64,000 nt of DNA, from assembly GCA_963817895.1 (NCBI GenBank), contig CAWFQB010000004.1, positions 96,001 through 160,000 of the forward strand, in the 5' to 3' direction. This document shows positions 1 to 12,349 of this stretch, in pieces (the stretch's first letter is position 1; each line of letters starts with the position of its first letter). Origin of the DNA: an uncultured Chthonomonadaceae bacterium (lineage in GTDB: Bacteria > Armatimonadota > Chthonomonadetes > Chthonomonadales > Chthonomonadaceae). The notes beneath the pieces were generated by a model. The model had not been told where the DNA came from. It was given only the letters and a program-made list of their open reading frames with translations, and ran no database searches. The position numbers were made by a program, and so were the translations under genes.

Positions 1-582
1 ATTGTGCGGGCAGAGGCCAGGTCTTGCCAGCGAGTTTTTGGGGGTATTCCAGCGTACATTTCAGTAAAAACCAAGCGACCGGGTTGTAATCTATCGCCGT
101 CACATCGCAGCCCAGGCGCATGGCTTCCAGTGGGATCGCGCCGCCCCCGCGAACATGTCCAGAACGCGGGGCGCGCGTCCGCCATACGCCGCGCGGATTT
201 CCTCGCGGAATCGGGCCATTTCTGCGTCCGTGCGCGCTTTCTCCTGCTGCCGTTTCTTGTCGGCCTTCGGATCGCCTTCCCAATGCAGGATGCCGCCCAC
301 CGTCTCCTCAACCGTTTTTGCTTCCGACTGACTGGTGGCCTCCTTGTGAACGGTGACGACCTCGCCCCCGATACGGCTGACCAGTTCAGCGCGCGCCTGT
401 GCGGTGCCGGGGTCGGGCAGCAGCGCGGCAATCAAGGCGGCGCGGCAGGCAGCAAGCGGACGGCGGGCAGGCCAGATGTGCAGGGTGCTGATGTGCCCGT
501 GCCGGACGTTTTTCTCATGCACACAGTTCAGACTGGCTTGCTTTAGGGGAAAGGCTTCTTCAATGAGGCGTTTATCGGTCAT
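1..582 (-). CDS. DUF1156-family adenine DNA methyltransferase, N-terminal part (runs off window; 1-nt frameshift near 145)
   Basis: N-terminus KRLIEEAFPL...HISTLHIWPARRPLAACRA is typical of DUF1156. Adding one G to the G-run restores the SAM-binding motif [32 protein letters not shown]. Confidence 0.85.
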
Positions 583-1469
583 TGTGTGTTCTGGTCGTTG
601 CTTTCTGAGATACTTTGCTGAAGGTAGGCTAATGGAACAGAATCCTTTTGAACGCCATAGGAAAGTTTCGGCTGCTCCTCCTTATACTCGAAAACCAATT
701 TTACTGGTTCTTTCGCTTCCAGTTCTTCTGGTATGGATTGCAGCATTGCGTCGAGTTTGTGAAAGCCAGATTCAAAGAGGCTATTGATCTGCTCCTGAGT
801 CGGGTTTGATAAAAGAAGATGAACCTCCATTTTCCTCTCCGCTTTTTCTACGGCGAACCGGAAATCAAGTATGTTCTCTTGGGCTTGCGGATTTGTAGGT
901 TGCACATTTTTGCCGTGGTAAAAGCGGCCTAATCTCCTTTTCAAACTATCGTATCCATCCGCACCTACCTTTTGCAGAAAGCCAACAGCAACATTCCCGG
1001 CTAGGAAAATACCTGCTGTAATGAGAAGCACAGACACAGGTTCCATTGAAAACTTGAGCATTTCACTCATGTTTTCATCCGACCCAGAAAGACGAGTAAT
1101 CTCCTCAATAAAATCTTTGTCTTCCGGTGTCACGAACGACGCATCATACTCCACCTTGAACGTTTCTATCTCGTCAGTACACACAACGATGGTTCTGCCA
1201 TCTCCGCGAAAATTTTCAAGTGCGCTGTCCTCATCGTCTGACGCAAACAGTTCGGTTGTGCCCATCAATGCGTACTCACCATCTTCAAGTTGCACAACGC
1301 TAACGTCAATCACTCTGCCAACAGGGGGAATGCGTATATCGTGTTCAATGTTGACGGGAATATAGTATTCTCTGGCAGAATCCACCTGCCTTTCTAAATC
1401 TTCGCGGGTAAACCGTGTCCCATCAGGCAATAGGTGGGTCGTGACCAAAATACCCTGCAAACGTTTCAT
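579..1469 (-). CDS. Hypothetical protein: N-terminal prohead-protease-like segment plus a hydrophobic helix
   Basis: Low-GC ORF with RBS-like AAGGAAG and ATGA overlap with the DUF1156 gene. Motifs PVNIEHD..PPVGRV and VLLITAGIFLAGNVAVGFL. Confidence 0.7.
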   Translation of the reverse strand: MKRLQGILVTTHLLPDGTRFTREDLERQVDSAREYYIPVNIEHDIRIPPVGRVIDVSVVQLEDGEYALMGTTELFASDDEDSALENFRGDGRTIVVCTDEIETFKVEYDASFVTPEDKDFIEEITRLSGSDENMSEMLKFSMEPVSVLLITAGIFLAGNVAVGFLQKVGADGYDSLKRRLGRFYHGKNVQPTNPQAQENILDFRFAVEKAERKMEVHLLLSNPTQEQINSLFESGFHKLDAMLQSIPEELEAKEPVKLVFEYKEEQPKLSYGVQKDSVPLAYLQQSISESNDQNTQ

Positions 1470-1570
1470 GTTGACTTCCTTATGAGACAACTCACACTGA
1501 ATATATTGTGAGTGCGGTGTGCTGGATAACGCGGGGCTGAGGCGCTACGCTTCTGCGCCATCCATGCCGT

Positions 1571-4500
1571 TTACGGCAGCGCGATTTCCACATAGTCAAT
1601 GCCTAGCAGCAAACATTTGGAGCGCACGTCATCGGGAACAGACGGCGCTACAAGAATGCTGCGGATTTGCGCGCATGGTACGCCCTGCTCGACGGCAAGC
1701 AGATGTTTGTATTTCACCGCCTGCCATACGCCCCCATATTCACCAGGCTGGATACCCGGCTTGACTTCGACAGACACGGGAGAACCTGTGGCATTTTGCA
1801 GCAGCACGTCCACTTTATCGCCGGACGGGAACTGGTACTCCGGCTGCACCAGGGTCAGCCCCGGCCCGCATAAATGGGGATTGTTGGCGATTTTGGCTTT
1901 CAGCGCTTGATGGATTTCTCCCTCACCGCCACCGCCGCCAGAACCGGAGCCGCCGCTGCCAGTCGTGTTCCCCGTCCTGCCATGCGAAGTGCCACCGGAA
2001 TAGTGACCGGCTCCTGATGGGGGCAGTGCAAGGTTCTCATTTCGGTTCGGGGGCGGTTGCCGCGTATCTGATCCGGGGCTGTTCTGGGTGTCGTCAGGAC
2101 GGTTCCCAGGTGGAGAGTTGAAATTACTGGCGTTGTTGCCGGTATTGCCTGTCCCACGCGGCGCACCGGAATTATTCGCCTGTGAACTGCCATTTTCCTC
2201 TGTCGCGGCCCCGTCTGTTTCGTCTTGTTCGGCGTTGTCGGGCGCGGAATGGCCCGCCTCCGGTTCCCGTTCGGTTTCCGGCTGTTCTTCATCGTGGGAT
2301 GGCTCTGATTCGGGCGGCTGCTGATAGCGCAGCCCGCGCTTTTTCCAGCGGGCCAACACACGCTCCCACTCACGTTCCGTGTTGGCTTTCAGCAGACTGG
2401 AAACAAACTCGCGCAATTGCGCAACGCCGAAGTAGGTTTGCAAGGCATCGCCAATCGAATCGGGGTATTCGGCATCATCGGCTTTCAGCGTAATCCATAG
2501 GGTTGCTGTCGCTTCGTCGGCTTGCAAGTGACTTAATAGCGGCTCTGGGTCGGCAACCTCTGCGCCGCCCAAGTGGTAGATAACTTGAGCGTCTTCTACC
2601 AGAGCAACAGTTAAATCGCGGAGTATTTCGGTAGTTGCATTTTCATTTAGCCCTTGATTTAAGTGTGGGGATGCTAGAAAATTGGCAACCGGGGTTTGAA
2701 GACGCTGTGTTTTTCGCATCCAATTTTCAAGATCAGAGCGTGCCCCCAATGGAATAAATTCGGTTTGCGCGTGAGAACAACGGGTCACTTCCAAGTAGTG
2801 GGCAAGCGATTCAACATCTACATAGGGCCAGAACGGTAGTACGCCGCTAAAAAGATCGGCATGATAGTCGTGGTCGTTCCACACCAACTCGGAGCGATGA
2901 TAGAATCCCCACTGATCACCGCGACGCCCCAGCCAACAGTGCGCGCCCCACAAGTCCTGCCAGAGCGCCAGCCGCTCGGCCTCCTGGGGAGCCGTTGCTG
3001 CCATTTCGGGCGCTGCATTGGGCAGTTCCGCAAAAAAGCGTTTGTATAGTGTGTGCAGCCGTGTGCGGGCGTGGTCAGACACGTCAATTCGGGCTGCCAT
3101 TTCCAGAGCAGCCTCGACATAATCCGCAAATTTGGCGCTGGGTTCCACCCCCTGCGCGACAAAAAACGCTTGTAGCGTAGGTGCATAATGCACTTTTAGG
3201 TAGCCACGTTCATCGCCGAAGATAGTGTTTTCATCATCCCAGAACGCTTTGTTTGCTCTCCACCATCGGGGAGTCGGGGCTGGCGTGTACAGCAGAGGCT
3301 CCAAAGCAAAAAGGGGCTGTCGTGCGCCGATGCTCTGGTCTTGCAAAAACCGGTAGATGCGCTCTACGTCCTTCACGTCAACGCTTTGCTCGCTCAAATC
3401 CTGTAGCCGCCGAAGCGCCTGCTCCGTCTTCACCGCTAGGTTCACACCAAGCGCTCTGGCAAGCGATTCAGCAGGTCGTTCCTTCACTCCCAAGTCAGAG
3501 TGCAGGTAGTGTACACTGTCGCCAAGCACCGCTCGTGTTTCTGCAATGTCGGCAAAAAGTGTCTCTGGCGTGTAAAACTCGGCATTCGTATCTGGTATCC
3601 ATGCCGTGGTCATCAATTTTTCTGCAAAGGTCGCGTAGAAATTTTTTGGCTGATATTCTGTGTTGCGATTCTTCCATCGGTATATGCCGAAGAAATACCG
3701 ATCCTGTTCCATTTTATCTGTTGGAATACCCCGAACAAGTAGTCGCCAGAGGGCATACGCTGTTGGCAAAGCGGTTTCGCCTCGCATAGCGATGCGTTCG
3801 AGCGCTTTGTCTAAGCCATCCAATTCCCAGTTGATAATATCAATGTCGGAAGTATACGCAGCCCCAGAGCGGATATGTGCCTTTCGCTCTGGGGATAGTT
3901 CATTTGTACTCTTACGCCGTGGAACCACTTCGACGCCGAGGCGCTTGAACAGGGTACACCACCGTTCCACATCTCCATCCTCGTTCAAGTAACTCTCATC
4001 CACAAACCGCTTGTTGGCATCGGCAAAGTAGGTTTCCAAGTCGCTCGACCCAGTGTAAGCCTGGGGCAGATAGGCTCGTTTCGGACTGACATAGCACTGT
4101 GTCTCGCCCATTTCCCTGCGGGCAAGCAGGAAGGGCTGCTCATTGATACTTTCTGATAATGCTTTTGACTTGTCTGACGGAAGCGATTCCAATGTTTTGG
4201 CGAGAAAAGCAACATGAAACCGGTTTTCGGCCTCCGTAAAATTATGCTTTCTCTTGTACTTGGGCAGCAACCATCCACTTAAGAAGCGCTCCGGGTTCAG
4301 CGGTTCAACCCCTATATTCTTGAGGAAAAGTCTGACTTCTTCAACCGCATCCCCTTCGAGCAATGCCATTCTAAAGAAGGGCAGGTTACTAAGAAACGGA
4401 CGGAACGTGGTCTGCTGTGCCTCATCATCCGGGGTGAAAAAGCACCATTCCTGATCAGCGATGACGTGTTCACCATTCTCTAGTCTGGCTAATGGGGCGA

Positions 4501-5999
4501 CTTTCAATCCCTCGTGTTCCACTTTCTGCTGCGCCAAATAGACATATAATGTGTGCAGCCAATCATCGTCTTTCGCCGCATACCAATCAGCCTCTTTGGT
4601 ACATAACCACGTTGCGATCTGCGTCGCAGTGACCTCACGAACCCGTACATCACGTACTATCTGTAATGCTCGCTCATTAGCCTGCACATCAGGATGAAGC
4701 CACGCGGCTCCCTCTGTTTTAGTAATTTCTGCCAAGTCCGAGGCCGAAAATAGTGCGCGCACATTCCGCGTGCGCGGGAAGAACACGCGACTGGCGTGTA
4801 GGCAACTTCCATCTTCGGTAGGGATCAGTTCGCCATCAAGCAGGGCGTTGCGGGCTGCCACTTGTACAGGCTTGAAGAATAGTGGAAATTGGTCACTAGG
4901 GGCTGGCAACGCTTCTAAAAGGTTTACGGTGAGCAGTCCGGCAGTCTTCAAACGTTCCAGAGCGGCTGGAAGCAGTTCCGCTGTTTCTTCCATTAGCCAA
5001 TGGTTCCAAAGAACATCCGTGTTTATGTCGTTGCGAGAGGGAATTGTCTGGTAGCGCGCCTGGATAATAAAACGCAAATGGGTTTCGATGCTTGTAGGTA
5101 GGTAGGCAAAGAGGACGGAGTTTTGTATGGAAGCCACCAAGTCATTCTGCGTAGCGAAAGCGATTTCGACCGGCTGCAAACTCTCCGCCGAGCGCTTAAT
5201 GCGTTCGCGCTCATCATCGTATTCCGCCCGTTCCAATAAATCAGCAATCACTTCTTGGGGCGGGGAAACATCGCACCGGAAAACTACAAACGATTCCAGA
5301 ACTGGTTTGCCCCCTCCGGCATCGCTCATCAATTCAACATGCTGTGCGTCCATTACGCGGGCGTGTGGCTGCCGAGAAGAACAGTATGTGCCTTGTAGGT
5401 TCTGGCGCTCGTCTCTCCATTCGATGGCTTCCAGATTCCGCAAAAACAGAAGCGCCCATTTGTCTAACTCCTGCAATTGAGTTCCAATTCGTTCAATTTC
5501 TCCGTCGCGTAGTCGCTCTTTGAAGGGCAGGCGAAACACCGTTCTGCCAGATGTGACGAGTTGCTGAAATCTCTGTAGACGGAATGGGGATTGGTTCGGG
5601 TTGGATACCTCCAATGATGCGGAATTGACGCTCCCCAGAGTAGATTTCCGGTTGGTCGGTGCAGGTGTAAACTGCCTTGAACCCTATACCATGTGTCCCA
5701 ATCTGGGTGAGGTCTTTGGTACTCTCGCCTATGGAGCATATCGCATGAACACCGGCTTCATCGAAACGCCGCCCGTTGTTCGACACCAGCATTTCACCGG
5801 CACGCAGGACGATGGCAATGCCTTTGCTATTTCCATCAGCGGTTGCAGCAACGCCTGCAAGGGCATCATTGGCGTTCTGAATTAATTCGTATACAAAATG
5901 CGATCCGTTCGGGTAAAGGCGCGTGATAATTCCGATGGCGCGGGAGAGAACGTGGCGAAGTCGTTCATAATCCATTGGGGGAAGGGTGTTTGTCTGCAT
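1571..5999 (-). CDS. Sacsin-like (GHKL/Hsp90-type) ATPase with C-terminal NucS-like PD-(D/E)XK nuclease; frameshift near 5600
   Basis: LYPNGSHFVYELIQNANDA, SNNGRRF, IGESTK, IGTHGIGFKAVY and TVFRLPF are GHKL/sacsin motifs. C-terminus EYQFPSGDKVDVLL...VEVK...QAVKY follows a low-complexity linker. Confidence 0.8.
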
Positions 6000-6040
6000 A
6001 GGATACGTTTCAAAACCTTTCTGATGCCTGCTGGAATGGA

Positions 6041-6924
6041 CTACAATTTGAACTCTTTTTGTTCACGCCTGGCTTCTGCGCGTGCCATGCGCGCAAACCG
6101 CAATACGTCATTCGAGGCGACACTCTCCGCGTTTGGCGGTACGCCCGTAAAGACCAGTGCAGGCAAGCGTAATGCTCCACCATCGATTCTCAATTCGAGC
6201 GTTCCCTGGGCTGGAGCATAGCGCAGTATCAAAGGCTTTTCATCGGGGAGGGCATCTTTCTCGCCGCAATAGCACAGAAAGCGGAAGGCGGCGAAGATGC
6301 CGAGGCGAACAGGTTCCTGCCATGTCCCCGGATCATCCACAGCAATATCGAATTCCATACCCCGCCCTAACTGGAAGGTGTGAATGGGCGTGATCGTCAA
6401 CTTGGCGTTACCAAATTCGGAAGATACGGAAAGAAGAATTTCCTGATCCATGCCTAAACCATCGCGCGTCAGGAAGCGCGCAATTTCTTTTATGGCGCGG
6501 GTGTCGATCCGCAAGCATTGGCTGCCATCCGGCAGCGGAAGGCGTGTGTCCGGGCGCGCATACCCTTCGCAAGCAAGAAAACGATGTAGCACGCCTCCAA
6601 ATCAGCGTCAAGCCAAACGGGAGAAATGTACAATTCATTCAGAAGGCAATATCCCAGCAGACAAGCCCCTCGATCCGGCATCATCTCTGCGGAGGCTCCT
6701 ATTTGCGCATGGTTGCTGTAAAGAACATGCCTTACGTCTTCATCCGCGAGCAATTCACCAAGCATCCCCAGATTTTGGACTCCTCGCAGATACAATGTCA
6801 AATCCTTACCGTTGACGAGAATACCACGTCCATCCTTGTCCATTTCATGTAGACTGACAGAGGGCGCGCATTTGGTAGGGTCGTATTGAATTCCGATTGG
6901 GATTGGATGGCTCATTGGTATCAC
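6041..6924 (-). CDS. Hypothetical protein (two overlapping ORFs, probably one frameshifted gene)
   Basis: ORFs 6490-6924 and 6041-6592 overlap. ATGA overlap with the helicase stop. Confidence 0.55.
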
Positions 6925-9900
6925 ATAATGTTCGGTATTGCGGCTCCCAGCACGCTGGCAGCAGGGATGACAACGCCTCCGCCTTTTGCCAGCAGATTGC
7001 CAAAGGGGTCAGCAACGCGATGAAGTTGCGGCGTGTCCGTGTCACAGTGATACACTGTATACAACCAGTATTTGTCCCGATGATTGGCAGCCTGCCGCCA
7101 TTCGTTTTCCGTCAGTTGCACAGGCGCAAGCCCCGCCCGCCCTTTAACCTCGATGTAAAGCACGAAGCCATCAGGCCGATGTGAGCGTAGGTCGTAGCCC
7201 GTGGCGAGGTTGGGATTGGAAACATCCTCTATCCATGCGCCCTGTTCTTCCTCATGCTGGCGTACTACCTTAAGCGCGACCACTTCGGCCTGCACATCAC
7301 GACGGCGTACAGCCTCCTCTGGCGGCAAGGGCAGGACAAGCGCCCGCGCATAGATCGTGACCGGCCCAAAATTCAGCAAATCAATTTCCTGATACAGTGT
7401 GCTGATTGCCATATCGCGGGCATCATCCAACCCGGTGAGTTCCTTTTCCAGCCTGTCTAATTTGCTTTTTGCCGCAGGCACACCCTTTGTTACATCGTCC
7501 TTCAGACGGCGGCGCTGCGTCATCCCTTCGGCGGCGCGCAAGTTGTACGCCTGTACGAGTTGGTTTTTGCGCTGCGGCAGACGGGCCTGTAATTCTGAAC
7601 GCAGGCGTTCCACCAGGGGAATGCCCTTTTCCTCCATGATATAGCCCTCTATGGGAGCCGGATTGTCCACAATATCACAAAGCACTTGAGGAATAGTAGG
7701 AGGCGCGCTTTCTGCACTCGCAGGCGTCGCATCCATGTCTAGTGTCAGCAGCAGATGCGCGGGGACAGTTTGCATAGCGCCATTGGGCCGCAACACTACA
7801 CCGATCATTTCCTCGCCCAGGGTTTCACGCGCATCGGTCGGCTGCCCCTCACCGTCCAGAACCGGGCGCACAACGGCAATCTTTGCCAGCGCGAATACAT
7901 ACGCTTCCGTCGTGTTCGGGTCGTAAAAAGTCGCACCGCGCTCCGTGCCGTCCTCAAACCTGCCCAGAAACAAATCCATGATACTCTCGAATACCGCCTC
8001 ACCCGGATGCAGGTAAATTGCTTCCGGGCGCATGGCATTCGTGGGCAGGGCGAGGTAGCGGTCGAATGTCAGCCGCGAATGGAGTTCGGGCGGATACGTT
8101 TCGATGGCACGCCGCACGGTTTCCGGGGAGTCCGCCAGCGTGAAAATGCCGTCCAAATCTCCTGCGAAACGAAGCCCCAGCAACGGGGCAGCATCGCGGA
8201 AAAAGCCACGCACATAGGCGGGCATCATACGACGCTCCTCCGCGGTTTCCTGTCCCCGGCGCAGAGTTTGCAGCAGTGCCCGTACTTCGCTGACCTCCAC
8301 GCGGCTTTCCTGAGCCTTCAATTTTTCCGCGAATGTCGCGGGATCGAACGCTTGCGCCACCACTGCCGCCGCCGCAGTTGCTTCCCCCTGTACTGCGGCT
8401 TGGAACAGTAAGTCGGCGAGTGAGATGCCTCCCAACTGCTCGCCGATAACGTCGAAAACCTTGTCGTTCCCCAACCGCTGACGAATAATCTCAATTTTAT
8501 CCAGCAGAGTTTGCAGAACCGCGCCTTCGCGTGTCTTTTCCGCCACTAGCGAAAGTAGCAGTACATCGTGGGTTTGCTTGTACCGATGCACACGCCCCAT
8601 ACGCTGCTCCAGGCGGGCAGGATTCCACGGGATGTCATAATTGATTAACAGCCAGCAAAATTGTAGATTGATACCTTCACCTGCCGCATCCGTTGCGATC
8701 ATATAGGGGCACTCAGGGGATCGAAAGCGTGCCGTCTGCCGCTCACGCTCACGGTAATCCATGCCGCCATGAACGGTCGCGATGCGGTCGGTGTAGCCCA
8801 TACCCTCCATACGCGCCACGAGGAAATTCAGCGTGTCCTTGTGTTCGGTGAAAATGAGTATCTTCGTATCGGGGTGTTCTTTAAGAAGTTCCTGCAACCG
8901 AAGAAATTTGCTCTCCTGCTGTGCATCGTACACAGCGCGTGCCAGTGCCGCAAGCGCCTGCACTTCCAGAAGTTCTTTGGCAAGTTCTTCCGGGCTGCGC
9001 GCAGGCGTCGCGCGGCTCACCACGTCATCGAACCGTTCGCCTTCCTCGGTGCCGTCTTCGCTTTCTTCCTCGTCCCCTGTTTTTTCCTCACGCAAATCCT
9101 GCGTGGGCAATTTGCCCTGTTCGAGGGCAAATTCGTCCGCGGTCAGCATTGCGTCCTGCAAACGTTTCAAATTTTCGGCGAGGATCGCAGCCCGACGTTC
9201 CAGGGAGCGCAGCAACGCCCAGGCGGAGGACGCCAGGCGGCGCTGAATCACCGATAGGGCAAGCCCAACCGAGGAGCGGTTCCCTGCTGTGGTCTTGCGG
9301 TAGTATTCCTCCACGTATTGCGACACGGCTTCGTAGAGCGTACGCTCATCCGCGTTGAGAGGATAAGACACCGTTTTGCTTTCGCGCGGTGGGTACAGAG
9401 GCGTGCCATCGAAGCGTACCATCTCCTCTTTCATGCGCCGCAGCAAATGGCGTCGCCGCACTTCGGGCCGGGTACGATAAAGCGCGTCGGGCGTGGAAAA
9501 CTGCTGCGGATCAAGCAGACGCCAGAGGAAAAAGTAGGGGTCATCCTTGCCCATGTGGGGCGTCGCCGACAATAGGAGAAGGTGCTGGCAGCGCGCCGCA
9601 ATTTCCTCAACCGTTTCATAGCGTTTGGATTTATCCGCGCTCAAGTCAGGATTGCGCCGGGCAGAGAGTTTATGCGCTTCGTCGCAGATTACCAGGTCAT
9701 ACGCAGGCGCATCGTTCAGGGCGGCGCGCACACGATCCTGTCGCGCGGTGTCAATGGATAAGATGGCATGGTCGAAGCGGGCGTCCGCAAAAGGATTATC
9801 GTCGGGACGCACATCCCGGGAGTTTACAATCCGAAACCGCAGGCGAAACAAGTTGCGGAGTTCCTGTTCCCAGTTGCCCACCAGTCCGGCTGGCGGGATG

Positions 9901-10409
9901 ACCAGAATCCGGCGAACCATCCGGCGCAGCATCATTTCACGGACATACAGACCAGCCATAATCGTCTTGCCCGCCCCGGCATCGTCAGCGAGGAGAAAGC
10001 GCAGGCGCGGGTGTGATACAAGCCCTTCAAGGCCATCAGGATGGTCAGCATCGGGTGGTATACCGTACACCGCGACCAATTGGTGCGGGAGCGGATCAAT
10101 CAGGCTGGTTTCCGTAGCGAAAACAGGATTAAACAGATAAGCATGGTTCAGGCGATGCGCTTCCGCCACCAGGCGCACCAGACACGCATCGGCGCGATAT
10201 ACGGCACTATCGCCTTCCAGCAGTTCAAAGCGCTTGGACAACTCGGCTATGACGTAGGGCCTGCGCTCAACCTCCCCGGTCTTAGCATCGCGCAATGTGA
10301 GAAACACCACGCTTGCCTGCGTTTCAACGGATTGCACAAGCCGCTCTTTTGCGCGTTGCCGATCATACAACCGTGTATTCGGTTTGATACTATTCAAAAA
10401 ATCGCTCAT
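6921..10409 (-). CDS. SNF2-family helicase with C-terminal DUF3883 (NOV-like) nuclease domain
   Basis: LLADDAGAGKT, DEAH, LLLSATPH, ATDAAGEGINLQ, WNPARLEQRMGRVHR. C-terminal GYDLRS...IEVKGR...LTENEW...YWLY. Confidence 0.92.
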   Translation of the reverse strand: MSDFLNSIKPNTRLYDRQRAKERLVQSVETQASVVFLTLRDAKTGEVERRPYVIAELSKRFELLEGDSAVYRADACLVRLVAEAHRLNHAYLFNPVFATETSLIDPLPHQLVAVYGIPPDADHPDGLEGLVSHPRLRFLLADDAGAGKTIMAGLYVREMMLRRMVRRILVIPPAGLVGNWEQELRNLFRLRFRIVNSRDVRPDDNPFADARFDHAILSIDTARQDRVRAALNDAPAYDLVICDEAHKLSARRNPDLSADKSKRYETVEEIAARCQHLLLLSATPHMGKDDPYFFLWRLLDPQQFSTPDALYRTRPEVRRRHLLRRMKEEMVRFDGTPLYPPRESKTVSYPLNADERTLYEAVSQYVEEYYRKTTAGNRSSVGLALSVIQRRLASSAWALLRSLERRAAILAENLKRLQDAMLTADEFALEQGKLPTQDLREEKTGDEEESEDGTEEGERFDDVVSRATPARSPEELAKELLEVQALAALARAVYDAQQESKFLRLQELLKEHPDTKILIFTEHKDTLNFLVARMEGMGYTDRIATVHGGMDYRERERQTARFRSPECPYMIATDAAGEGINLQFCWLLINYDIPWNPARLEQRMGRVHRYKQTHDVLLLSLVAEKTREGAVLQTLLDKIEIIRQRLGNDKVFDVIGEQLGGISLADLLFQAAVQGEATAAAAVVAQAFDPATFAEKLKAQESRVEVSEVRALLQTLRRGQETAEERRMMPAYVRGFFRDAAPLLGLRFAGDLDGIFTLADSPETVRRAIETYPPELHSRLTFDRYLALPTNAMRPEAIYLHPGEAVFESIMDLFLGRFEDGTERGATFYDPNTTEAYVFALAKIAVVRPVLDGEGQPTDARETLGEEMIGVVLRPNGAMQTVPAHLLLTLDMDATPASAESAPPTIPQVLCDIVDNPAPIEGYIMEEKGIPLVERLRSELQARLPQRKNQLVQAYNLRAAEGMTQRRRLKDDVTKGVPAAKSKLDRLEKELTGLDDARDMAISTLYQEIDLLNFGPVTIYARALVLPLPPEEAVRRRDVQAEVVALKVVRQHEEEQGAWIEDVSNPNLATGYDLRSHRPDGFVLYIEVKGRAGLAPVQLTENEWRQAANHRDKYWLYTVYHCDTDTPQLHRVADPFGNLLAKGGGVVIPAASVLGAAIPNIM

Positions 10410-11097
10410 GCGGTCTCCCATACATTCACACAGCAAACGTATTGACGTTATTGTGACTGCATGGTTGGGAAGGAAAACGGAAGTGATAAATAGATTCAAC
10501 ACGCTGCTAAGTGCCACCAGCGTTTCTATTATGCAATAGGATCAGGCATAGTGGCAAGGGAAAAGGCTGCCGGTACGTGTTATAGATTTGCCTCGCGGAT
10601 TCCTCCTGATGGACTCTCTTTAACGTGTATTCTCGTTTCTGTACTTGTAAGACTCTTATATGCCTATACATTGGGGTTCAAAAATCAGAAAATGTTGGGA
10701 CGGTTTTGCCCGGTATGTGAGCAGATTTTGGGTGTAACCCTTCGAGGGGAACATGAGCAATTTCTGTAAACGGCGAGCCGCTGGGTGTGCTAAAAGGCAA
10801 GCGAAGGCACGACAATAACTTCCAATCACAAAAAAGCAAGCGGAGACGGACGTACAGTATCTTTGCACTTTTTCAACTTTTGAGATGTGAGCAAGCGAAC
10901 CGGCAAAATCATCTTCCTATCTCATTTTCCGAAAAGTGCAAAGATACTGGGACGTATTCGCCCCGCTACATGCAGATTTCTGCTCCTTTTTGTTTGTTGG
11001 GCTAATAATGTGCAGACCCGGCGAGAAGAATAATGTCTTCGCGCCGGGCCCGCACATATAAGCAACCAATTGCCAAGTCTGCCAACCTGGGTGCGTA

Positions 11098-12349
11098 TCA
11101 GGGGTAAAGCACATTCTGCTTCGTGTTGGCTCTATGGCAATGGTCGAAACCCTCTTTATTACGGCAGTTGGGATTGCTCCTCATTTCCTGCTCAAAGAGG
11201 GCTTCCATCTCCGCCGAACTCATCGTCTCTGGGTTTAGAACATGGTAGTGCTTGCTGTACGCCAAGAGCAGGGCGGCTGTCTCGTAGTTGCGGCAGCCGA
11301 TAGCCACATGGATCGGTGTGATCCCCGAAACATCCGGCGCATCGGGATCAGCCCCCGCTTCCAAAAGCAGGCGAGTAATGTTTATCGTGCGCTGCATCCT
11401 AGCAACGGCATCGGTATAGCGCTTTTCTAAAACAGCACCAGGGCGCGGTTTCAGAACAAAACTGCTGACGTGCTGCATCGCTATTCGGTATAAGGCCGTT
11501 ACGCCTCGGCAGTTCGCGGCTTGAACATCGGCTCCATGAGAAAGAAGAAGGCGCACCATTTCTTCCTTGTTGTACTGGGCCGCAAGGTTCAAGGCAGTTT
11601 CGCCGAGAGCATTGCGCGCGTTGACATTGGCGTTGCATTCCAGCAACACCCTCACCAGCACTGTCCCATCATAAACGATGGCGTTGTGTAGGCAGGTGTC
11701 ACCGGTCTCATCGTCTTGTCTGTTGACATCTGCCCCGGCTTCGATTAAGGCGCGAGCAATGTTGGGGTACCATCGTATCTGATCTGGGACGTGCATCAGG
11801 TAAGCCTGCTCAGGATCGGCTCCGCACTCACACAGCGCACGGATGGACGCTTCTTCTCCACGATCAAGAGCCAGATCGAAGGGCGTCATATCTTTGTAGC
11901 ACACCTTATCGAGACGGTCAGGGTGGCGGGAGAATATCAGGCGGATCGAGATCAGCATCGCCGCGTATGATGGCACAGCGCACCGCCGACATCCCCGACT
12001 TGGGCGTGGCAAACACATCTGCGCCATGTTCAATGAGAAGGCGAACAACCTGATGTATTTGCGAAGTGTCGCCCGTGAGGTGCATCGCTAGGTCGAATGC
12101 TGTATTATAGGCGCTCCTTCGGAGTTGTTGGCTGGCTCCGCGCGCCAGCAGGAAACCCACCATCTTGGGATTAACCTGCTCGATTGCTTTGTGCAGCAGC
12201 GTGTAGTTGGAGGGATCGTGTTTATCGATCAGTTCCGGGCTGTCATCTAACAGTACCGTGAGACTGTCATAATCGTGCGCTTCGAGAGCGTGGAATAACT
12301 CCCGTTTCTGCTCTGCCAATATGTTTCTGTTCTTCTGAATAGTGGTCAT
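11098..12349 (-). CDS. Ankyrin-repeat protein (frameshift near 12000)
   Basis: Repeats TLLHKA, GDTCLHNA, GETALNLAA, GVTALY, GITPIHVA with GADV caps across two overlapping ORFs. Confidence 0.85.

Noticed and set aside
10420..11090. Short ORFs or an ncRNA in the AT-rich gap upstream of the helicase
   Set aside because: No recognisable motif, RBS-supported ORF or convincing structure, apart from a small hairpin near 11017-11048.
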